A stretch of 64,000 nucleotides of DNA from Lytechinus pictus (Eukaryota): positions 15,440,001-15,504,000 of the forward strand of contig NC_087252.1 in the NCBI RefSeq assembly GCF_037042905.1, in the 5' to 3' direction. This document shows, piece by piece, positions 53,991-64,000 of the stretch (its first letter is position 1; every line of letters starts with the position of its first letter). The notes beneath the pieces were generated by a model. It saw only the letters and a program-made list of their open reading frames with translations. It searched no databases and was not told the DNA's origin. Position numbers and translations under genes: made by a program.

Positions 53991-54146
53991 GGCTCCGTAA
54001 CACAAAGATTAGCGATCAATCGCTAAATGAACTGACCAATAAAGATCAATGTTACACGCGAATTTGGCGCCAAATACTGACTAGGAACCAATCAGAAGTG
54101 TTCTTTCTTATTTGCTATTCATCGCAAACCTTTGTGGTACGGAGCC
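53991..54146. mobile_element. Harbinger-like MITE, CWG flanks
   Basis: cag|ggctccgtaacacaaag...ctttgtggtacggagcc|ctg. Confidence 0.8.
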
Positions 54147-54204
54147 CTGGTTTCCAGAACCTCTTCATGTGAGACCTCAATCACAGTATATTATCTTGAA
54201 ATTG

Positions 54205-54460
54205 GGCCCCGTCTTACAAAGAGTTACGATTGATCCAATCAATCCTAACTCTATGGAAATCCATCAGTGTCATAATTTTTTCTACAGGAAATTTGAAAAA
54301 TGTCCTCTGTAAACAAAGGAGAACACACCAAAATGTCTAGAAATCAATGAATTTATGGATATACATTCATATCTAGAAAATTTGTTGAGCGAACATGCAT
54401 TTTATATGTTGACTTTGCTGGCTTTCCATAGTTGTGATTGATTGGATCAAAGACGGGGCA
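54205..54460. mobile_element. Harbinger-like MITE (family of 27567)
   Basis: Same left TIR and body as 27567; right TIR internally deleted ('ttggatcaa-agacggggc'). Confidence 0.8.
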
Positions 54461-55029
54461 CTGTTTTCCCTTAAACCACTCCACAAATCCAGTTTGACCC
54501 CATTTTCATCTACTTCCTTAAATTAGTTAAGTGCATGGAATCCAGTTTAGTGGAAACTAGTTTAATGTGTTATAGGGACAGTTGAAGCGGTCTTGGAAAT
54601 GCTCTTAAGTGGTCCTTCAAACCCGTTTGGAAAACCACCTTGTGATGTGGTTTTCAAGACCACTTTGCCTTGTTCAACTGGTTTAAGCATAGGTGACGAC
54701 ACAACCGTTCTTCGGGAAGCAATCTTTGGACAACACTACGAGAGTGTGTGCTTGTTGGGCACAGTACTGTGTGTGGAATACCTTCGTTGCGGTGTCAAGT
54801 TTTATAAGAAACAAGCAGAGCATTCTCAGAGCATTCCCATAGCAACAAGACCGCTGTACATGAAGTGGTTCTGGAAACCAGTTCAGGAGATGGCGATGAG
54901 GACGCTAGCAAAGCGATCCTCTAAACTGGTTTAAGGGAAACCAGTTCAAGAAAGTGTACTGAGAATGGAGTTGTCTTCTTTGCTGAAATGGTTTAGAGAC
55001 ACCAACTTGTGTCAGTTTTAACACACCAG

Positions 55030-55153
55030 GGTCTCGTAACCAGAGGTTAGCGAATAATTGTACACTCATTTTTCACGATTGATTGTAAACATTGATTGGA
55101 ATCAATAGTTAAAAAATGTTTACGATCATTGCTAATCTTTGTGTTACGGGCCC
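55030..55153. mobile_element. Harbinger-like MITE, CAG TSD
   Basis: cag|ggtctcgtaac...gttacgggccc|cag. Confidence 0.8.
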
Positions 55154-55971
55154 CAGGTTTTAACAACAAATGAAACTTGTCCTTTTGTGAGACAAACTTT
55201 CAAAACACAACCTTGGACCACTTTCTTGCAAAAGGGCTGCACAACACATTAGGGAGAGAATTGGATGAAAACAATGAAACAAGATGGGCGAAGGAAGATA
55301 AAATAAAGATATGAAATAGAATGAGAGAATGAGAAGGGGGGGGGTGACAGGAGGGAGAGATAAGGTTGTGGTTTCGGTTTGAAGATTGTTACAAATGATT
55401 TGCACTTTGAGACAGTATGACCTGGTATTTTGGCCTATAAATCACACCCATCTAATTCTAGATCCTAAACACCTGGGATAGAAGAGGCGAGGAGGTTTCA
55501 CTGTCTACAGGCACGGTCTAACCAATGTCATCACCCAGAATTACTGTGAATTTATGAGAAATCGTCCAGGCCTCGGGCAAAAAATTATTCTTTCACATGC
55601 AACCTACTGCCCAAGTCTGCTATAGTGGATAACATTGAAATTAATAGGAATTTTATCTGAGGCTCTTTTTTTTTACATTTTCCAGTTCTCTTTTGAGCAT
55701 TTTGGGGATGAAATTGCCCCAAGCCCCCATGTAATTTTTTCCCCTGGGCCTGAATATACCCTCTGATTATTTTGCTCATTCATATCCAACCGAAAGGAAT
55801 TCTTTGGGGTAAGTTCTCAAAGTTAGGAGCATGCACAATGGAGGGAGGGGGTGTTTGTATGGACCCTCTTATGTGGAACGAATGGGTCTTTCAGGAGAAG
55901 AGATGAATATGTGAAGTCCAAGGTTAGCTGTGTATAACATGGTATCCAGATGCCACATACCACAAAATCAA

Positions 55972-55984
55972 TGACCTTTGACCT
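55972..55984 (-). promoter_or_regulatory. Perfect DR1 element (TGACCTTTGACCT on +)
   Basis: Exact match; function untested. Confidence 0.4.
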
Positions 55985-56149
55985 GTGTTTTATTCGCTTT
56001 CTTTCAGTTTTCTCCATCTGTCTCTTCTATCTGTCATTTCTACTGTTTTACTTTGTAATCCCTTTTTCCTAAGACTGTGATACAAGAGTTTCTTTGACAC
56101 CCTTTTTACAGATTGCTTGGAAGTTGCAACAGATAGCACAGTGAGTGAC

Positions 56150-56345
56150 GCGTCATTTGCTCCTGCGACCATTGCTACGGGCTTAATTTAGTCTAAGATC
56201 TGGGGTTAGGACTAGTGTTGCAATAGGGTTTCATGTTAGGTTTAGGGTGGGGTATAGTGTTAAACCCAGGGTTGAAAACGGTTATTCGATTAGTGTGTGG
56301 AATTTAGACCGGAGCAATTGTCGCCGGAGCAAATGTCACAGAACC
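56150..56345. mobile_element. Helentron/HINE-like or MITE-like element with subterminal inverted repeats and degenerate TTAGGG-like interior
   Basis: catttgctcctgcgaccattgct / agcaattgtcgccggagcaaatg; interior 'ggggttagg..gttaggtttagggt'. Confidence 0.55.
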
Positions 56346-58650
56346 ACACAGTGCCCATTTCATGCTTCAGGAAACCCCAGATTTCAAAAATTGTTTTCTT
56401 CTAATATTCTTTGAAGCTCTCTCACTGAATTTTGTCTACATTCAACCAAGTTCTTGCGTGGGTTATTGTTGATCAATTCTGACAAGTTATACATTATTTC
56501 AAAGCCAAGGATGTGATCTTTTTGAGTTCATTAGAAATCTCAAACTTCATATTGGGCTGGTCACAAAACTACTTCAGAGCTGTGGCATCCATATTCAAGA
56601 AGCCTTGTATTCATACTACATATAACTCACTGCTTTCATCTACATCTTAGACATTCTACTTTCTTTGATAAGCATCCTCTGTGGCTGCAAGGTAATCATG
56701 AATATTGGAAAAGTTTCTATCATTATCAAAGTTTTCTTTTCAAGACATTCATTACGAACTGAGTAGGTTAAAAGTCCTCTCAAATCATTTCATTGTCTGA
56801 TCCCTTATCTCTCGTGACGTATATGTGGGGATGTCTTCCGTTTGGTTTTGATCGTTGATTATCTTTCATCCAGCGGCCTTATGGATGATGCTTTTAAAGC
56901 CATCATCCTGTATAACTGTCAGAGTGCTTTCTAAATATGATTTTAATGGGACGGTCCATGTCTGGGGCATCAAGATTCATGAGGAGTAAATCATCGATGC
57001 CGTCCTCAACAAAGTGGCACCAAAGTCTTTTTCTATTAGCCTTTCAGAAATCAGTCTCTATGGTGTAACGGATAACAAATATGTTGCATGTGTGTTTTTC
57101 CCCGCTAACAATCATTCCCCAATCTAAAAAAGACGATTATTTTACATTTTCTGTCATTCTGTCTTTGATCACAGTCAAAGCACTTCCAGTAATTTTTTTA
57201 ATTCGCAATATATTTGTCAAGTTGTCTTTTATTTCCTTTTTAAAAATTTTCTTCAACTTTCGGCACCTAGTCTCCCTTATATTTATTTGCTAGATCTCAG
57301 TGACCAATAGGTTGTTTTTATCCCACAGTACAGAGCCTATGATGGCTAAATTGATGAGATATATATATATATATATATATATTCATATTTTTGTGTAATA
57401 CATTCATAATTCTTCAATCAGACAGAGGACTATTCAGTACTTGGATCTGACACTTGCGATGTTCTTACCCTGTACTCAATTTTAAAGTGTTATGCATTGA
57501 AACTGTCTGGAATTTCCCTATCGCTTCTCTGAGACATTACAAAGGGCACACTCTCTTTTCACGTCTACCACTGATAAGGCCAACTAATTCTAGTCACTAT
57601 CTATGCTGCAAATAGACGTGGCCTCTCTCTTTCTTTAATCTTTACGCCTATTCCATGCCCCTGCATTCACATTCGCTCTAAAAAATTTGCATGCCTAGAC
57701 ACTTATGCATGCATTGCTGTAGCTTTTCCCTGGAACGACCTTCAGTATTCGTCTTTGTAGCACAAGTTTAGAGAGGAGCGTTGCTTAAGGATGTGCGTAC
57801 ACGATGGCACGTCGTAAGTTGAAATGGTGTGTGGCTCGGGGGGGGGGGGGAGAGGTTGTCTTGTTTCCTTTTTTCACTCCACTATCCTTTTTTGCCCTCT
57901 CCATCTTCCGTGGTAGGAACACATTTTGCCCCCTCCAAACTCCAGCGCAAATATTTGCACGCGTCTGCTCTGTAAACATACTCTGTGTTTGTGCGATGTG
58001 ATTGTTGGTCGATTTTCCGTGCCGTATTGACTGCGGGAATAGCGGAAGGATGGTCGGAAAGAGTATCTCGGTGCTTGTAGCGGGCGAGCGGGGGAACGAG
58101 AGACGGGGAAGAGGAAGGAAAGGAACGTGACGGAGCCGTGTAACGTGCCAATGATGATGAAATGAACGGCGTGATGGGAATTAAGGCAACGAGCCAAGGC
58201 ATTCATGTTACTTAGTCCTCTTAACCCTCTCAATCCTAGTTCATCTTACCAGTGAAAAGTTACAATCTAACCCAGCATGTTACACAAGATGTGAGCTCAC
58301 AATGTGAAATACAAAAACACTGAAGTTGGTAAATAAGTACTCATTTTCCATTGTCAATAAACTTGACAATTTAATGTAAAATGGGAAATTGACTCCAGTA
58401 TCAGGTCTACGGTGTAGCCAACCATCCTAATTAACAATGCAAGCATATTATGTAGAGATCCTATGCATCTGTCATATTTTATTTGTAGTATGAGGAATAT
58501 ATTACTTTAGATTACTTATCTACCTTTAACAATTCCCTACATATGCTGCTTTTGCAGTGAAGATGTTTTTCATAGGAGGGTTTATTCAGAGTTTTCAATA
58601 TTCCTATGGTAGATGCGGGCAAGGAAGCTGTGATGTTGCTCATTGTCTTG

Positions 58651-58923
58651 TAATAAATAATATAGGATTTGTATAGTGCACGTATCCACCGTGCTAGGTG
58701 CTTAAGGCGCTCCTATATTACCCCGGCTAAGCTTGTCTACCGATTCTGGTGCGGACAGTTTTTTGAGGAATTACTTCATGCCGTTACCACTTTACCTCAC
58801 CTGGGTCGAGTGCAGCACAGTGCGGATAAATTTCTTGCTGAAGGATAAACACGCCATGGCTAGGATTCGAACCCACGACCCTCTGTTTGAAAGGCGAGAG
58901 TCAGAACCACTAGACCACGACGC
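58651..58923 (-). mobile_element. tRNA-derived SINE, family A
   Basis: Reverse complement of 37341-37618, including GGATTCGAAC (B-box) and CCACTAGACCA (A-box). Confidence 0.9.
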
Positions 58924-61747
58924 AATGAATACAGGGATAATGGTAAAGAACATGAACCAAACAAATAACATGTTGATGCAAGGAAATCAAATTACTCATT
59001 ATTGTAAACTTTAAATACCCTCTCCGAAATAGGGGACCTAAGACATAATTAAACGGATGAATGAAAATGAACAGAATAAAACCCAACCAAATATATATAT
59101 GAACTCAAATGACGTCGATGCACAGTTCTATGGACTGTAAAATGCATTTTATAAATGCATTAAAATAGTGTATTGCACCTTTTTCTCTGAACATTCACAT
59201 TTTGAGGTGATGTATGGTTTAGATTCTTGCAATACAGTTGAATACATCTTGATGTTTGTTTATGAGTGGATGAGCTCTACGAAACATTGAAGCGTTCATG
59301 CCCATATCCCATCTTATTGTCAGATGAAGCCTTTTTTTCTCCCCCTGACAGCGTTCTCTACCTTAAGGGGGTGAAGCGTTGACCCCCATGATGCGGTCCC
59401 TTACATCTCAATATCGACAAGCGCCCCCAGTGTTGATATAAGATACAACAATAGGAGGAGAGGAGGTACTGAGGAAATGTTTGAGATTGATTGTGGGTAT
59501 AATGCGAGGTTGAAATAAAACAGGGTTGACGCTAAAAAAAGAAGGTGATATTTCTGTTGCCATGGAAACTAGTTTGAAATTTAGTCAAAATTTGGTACGA
59601 AAAGGAAGATAATATTTCTGTTGCCATGGAAACTGGTGTGAAATTAAGTCAAAATTCTGTAAAAAAAGTGCCCACTGTAAACAGTGGGCCTTTATAGGCA
59701 AATTCTATGACATACTGTACATTCCTTTTAAAATGGGAGACATTCTCGATGGCGACTAAGCCTGACGAAGAACAAGTTTTCACATCAGTCAGGTGGCCAT
59801 TAAGTTAGGTTTAACTCTACATTATTTCCAACTAAATTCAATAATAGAAAATAATTCAGATACCATTATCTTGTGCAGAGCATGTTGTATATTCAATCAT
59901 TCCTCTTTTCATGTCATATTTTATTCAAACATTTATATCCCGAAGGGAGGATATAAATGGGTGATATATCACATTATAATGCTACCACATAGACCTGCCA
60001 TCTGTAATCAAACGATCAATTTGTTTACAAAACCATAGATTATACAAATTCCATGTTATTTACATCTCCGATGGATGTGTAGGGCAAGATTCAATTATTT
60101 CATTAGCTCCCCTGCCCCCACCCCTTGCTCAATACTTCTCCTCCTCCTCCAAATCTAAAGCAAACTAATAAACAGAATGAGACAGCTCGACAATCAACAT
60201 CGCCCATGACCTTCCCACGGAAGGAGGTTTGGCCGTTTTGGCGCCCGGGGCAGGAGGGATGATTGGAAGCTTTATCTGCCTTCTTATTGTTAAGATTGCG
60301 AGGTGGATAACTAGTCACTCGGGGCTGATTTGTAAGAACGAGAAGGAGATGAAGAAGGAGGAGGAGGAAGAAGGCTCATCTCGTGGCATGCTGGGGTAGG
60401 AATGCATCCCTCAAGCTATCTCTATCCCGTCTCTCGTGGCACCTAGTCATTTTAAAGCCACCATACAAAAAAATACATTTCAATTTGTTGTTCAAAGCCA
60501 CCATACATTCAAATACATTTCACTTTGTTGTTTAAAGCCACCATACAATCAAATTCGTTCTATTTTCTTATTTTTTTTAAAGCAACTGCACAATGTAACA
60601 AATGCAAATAAAAACCTTTAGAAATGTGTGTTGACAAATAAAAACAACTGAAGTCTTATCTTTTCTAACAGTATTAGTTATTGGCACTTTGACACTCATC
60701 CAAACTTTCTTATTCTTTCTTTTCTTGTGCGCCTCAGAATAGAATATTTATAGATAGATGGCGTTATATACATGTAAATGCATATTATTATTATTATTAT
60801 TAACTATATTATTTGTGGATTAAATAGAATGGGTGAATTTTTTTTTTTCATGTGAATGTTACAGTATGTCTTACATTATTATATTCATGGGTTTGAGAAT
60901 TGAGCTTTTTATTTGATTTCAGCAATTTTTTCGTTCCTTTTCATTTTAGCTTATCTTGAGCTTATTTTAGCTTTACCCTGTACAAGAGTGGGAGCTTTTT
61001 CAATTTCAGCTTTTTACAACACTCTTCCTTATTTTTTCTTCATTTTTAAAGCTGTTTTTATTTGTAATCCCTCACACCCATGTATATTTTGTGTGAAAAT
61101 TCTATAAAGACTTACAAATGGAATTTTGTGTCACATTATTTTTTCTAAATTGTGTAAATAAATTCCATTCTATATTTATTTGTAGTATTTCTTGGTTTCA
61201 AATAAGCATATTTATTTAATCTCTTTCCTCTTTTTGAAAATGTTTTTCTGGTAGACTTCATTTCAGGATGGTCTCCCCTTCTTTCCTGTAAGATTGCTAA
61301 TGTTTATCAATTATTTCAGGACGAATTGTTGATCAAACCTTGAGAAAGTAATCCATTCCTGATCTATTTGCCCATAATGAAATTGCTGTTTGTTGATGTA
61401 CATAAGTTGAGAATGTAAGAATACAAATTAACCGTGGTTTCAAAGGGATATATCCAGCGTGAGTTGCCATGATTAGATCACATATATCATTCATGTATTT
61501 AATAATTTATGTGTAATTATTTTGTGTCCTCTCTCAATAGAGATTGGCTAAATACTTGACGGTAACAATTTTTTTCTTTTGTTCCGTTGAATTCTATTTG
61601 CAAACGCTTCAATTTCTATTTGTTTAATCGTTTGATACTCTATTAAAAATAACCATGTAGTTTGGACCTACAACATGTGTAATAAAAATACTATCAAGTG
61701 TGTCATACTTTGATTTTCTTTTCCCCTAAAGTATATGCTCGCTTTAA

Positions 61748-62142
61748 AGGTAAATGCTAGTTTTGGTAACGATATCAAAATGAGTTCGTACAGAATCCAA
61801 TGAAATGACCACCAAAGTGTCTGTTTGTATAAATAAAATGCATGTGCCAAAGGATTCTGGAAGAAATTGTGTAATTGCTGAGAAATCAGCAAATAAGCAC
61901 AGGATTCGGGTAGAGCGTCGGGCCCGACGCTCAAAGCAATAATTATACACTGTCCCACGTGCGCTTATCTGTGTTGGGGAAGTTCAGTCTGAACATTTTT
62001 CAGCGTAGATTTCAAGATTTCACAAAGTTCAGTTTATGTAACTGTACCAGATCTAGATCCTCGATGATATACTGACAATTAACCCTGGTTTTACAGACTT
62101 TCTCATGAAATCAGTGTTTACTGCAACTACTGGAATTTCTCT
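61748..62142. mobile_element. Kolobok-like non-autonomous element with TTAA TSD (related pieces at ~27096-27250 and ~47135-47520)
   Basis: ttaa|aggtaaatgctagt...actggaatttctct|ttaa; 'tacactgtccca..tg.gcttatctgtgttgg' and 'ctcatgaaatc' are shared with 47343-47495. Confidence 0.65.
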
Positions 62143-63603
62143 TTAATTCACCTGTAGTAAGAATTACATACTCTTCTCTGCAAAGTGAGAATAACCCAAA
62201 TCCATGATAATTCATTTCATGAAAATTAAGACAAACAATGATTTTTGTATATATGTTCATTAAGGTTTCTGGTCAGTTTTTCATATATTTTGAGCAATTT
62301 TGGATTAAAGGATATAAATTATACACAAGGTGGACTTGTGTATAAGCAACAATTTTTCATGTTAAACTCATTTGGCCAAGAGATAGTTTTGGGTTGTGCT
62401 TATCAATTTTCTTTTGATGTAAATATTAGGTCCCCACACATTTTCTCTTATTAATTAGAATCTCAATCAAAGGAAAATTAGAATAATCCATTGTGAATAT
62501 TCCCCATACAGTGAGTGTAATATGAGATAAGCTTGATTGACTGTATACACACATTGATTGATAGAGTGTGTTATTTACAGACCAGGGGCAAACTATCTCT
62601 CCCCTAATCAATATTTTGCGCCCCTAAATGAGGCGTCAGAGCCAACGATTAGCCAACGTGTTGAAAGTAATATGATACGCCTGTCTGTCATCCCTTCTCA
62701 AAAAATGACATATTCATTGGAGGGTTCGCATTTCAACGAAAAGGGCATTTTGATGAAAATTTGGGTTTTCTGATACTTTTAGTTTTCAAATTGTTTGAGA
62801 GCAATACATTATTTATTCATGTACTAATGTGATAAGTTGTCAGTAGAAAAGGATGTTAAAAAAGGATAAGCAATGATAATAAATACAGCTTTTATCATCC
62901 ATCATCTATCTAGTAAACAATTCTGAGGATCAACAAACATTTAAAGGTGCTAAGGAAAATTAGATATAGTTTATTATGTCTGTTTATGTGGGGCTGCATG
63001 GATACATGAATTTTGCCAATAATTTTGGATTTGTCTCGTTAAATCTTTTTAGATTACTATTTATTGTGCAATTCCATAAAATGTGTGCGTCCGACCCCCT
63101 ATATGTGGGACCTTCATGAAGTTTTTTGTCTCTGATTTTTTTGTTCTTTTGTCTGTAATGTCCTCAAAGGACCATGACTTGGTCAGTTTATGAAGTGAAG
63201 TAAAACTTGACAAAAATGGGGGTCAGATGTACAAAAAGGTATATTATTTGTTGGAATTGCCCTATTGCAGTGTATTAAATAGGCGACCGAGACTGAGAGG
63301 GTTAAGATACCCATAGAGAGGTTGGGTTACGACACCTTTCATTAACGAAAAAAAAACCGATTTGCCCAACGGCTTTGAAATTTGACATGACTCAAAAAAT
63401 CAATATGAAAAATACATCCTGGCAGTGATCATTAATTGTTGTCTTAGTGATGAGCCGGGGAGAGAATGACATCATGATTATACGAAAGACAGGAGGAAAG
63501 AAAACAAAGGAATTATTTAAAGGCAAGATATTAAATTCATATATGCAAATGAATGATTCATTTGTCAATGCAGGGGTTTAGAATTGATGTTATATTGGTA
63601 TTT

Positions 63604-63905
63604 TGGAGCATTGTGGCTCAGTGGAATAGTCCATGGACTTTGAAACAGAAGGTCGTGGGTTCAAATCCCATCCATTGCCTAGTTTCCTTCAGCAAGAAAT
63701 CGATCCACATTGTGCTGCACTCAACCCAGGTGAGCTGTGTGGGTACCTGGCAGGAATTTATTCCTTGAAATGTGCAGTGCTGGATATGGCAGCCGTAGCT
63801 ATAAAAGCCGAGGTAATAGTGATATTGTATCTTGGAATAGATATCTCTAAATAAATGACACTATATAAATACATTTTATTATTATTATCATTATTATTAT
63901 TATTG
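63604..63905 (+). mobile_element. tRNA-derived SINE, family A variant
   Basis: 'ggagcattgtggctcagtgg...gttcaaatccc...caacccaggtgag...gggtacctggcagg' with (ATT)n tail. Confidence 0.8.
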
Positions 63906-64000
63906 TGACAGTAATACATTAGTTTTGAGTTGTCGAGCATGCCAACATAAATCTGAACCTACAACGTACATGTATGAACTTAAACGATTGTAAGATTTTC

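Noticed and set aside
56200..56275. Interstitial telomere
   Set aside because: Only degenerate TTAGGG-like words, enclosed within an inverted-repeat element

Overview
AT-rich, repeat-dense eukaryotic DNA with no recognisable host protein-coding exon. The repeat repertoire suggests a marine invertebrate, plausibly a sea urchin (inference only). It reads as part of a very long intron, or else intergenic DNA. The only real ORF is a 5'-truncated but uninterrupted 711-aa non-LTR retrotransposon reverse transcriptase (24595-26730, minus). The rest comprises tRNA-derived SINEs (3 families), non-autonomous DNA transposons (Harbinger-, hAT-, EnSpm-, Kolobok- and Helentron-like), mini/microsatellites and short GC-richer unique islands. 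Best leads: (1) two plus-strand CAG|GTAAGA junctions (4961/4962 and 52373/52374), each behind a 77-93 nt AG-free pyrimidine-rich tract with a branch-point-like motif, the architecture of recursive splice sites; (2) an old inverted duplication around a 4-kb segment whose inner 109 bp are perfectly identical while the outer arms are diverged; (3) several perfect nuclear-receptor elements (IR0/TREpal, two DR1, ER7); (4) target-specific Harbinger MITEs stacked at CAG sites; (5) candidate microexons. All coordinates were read by eye and no searches were run.
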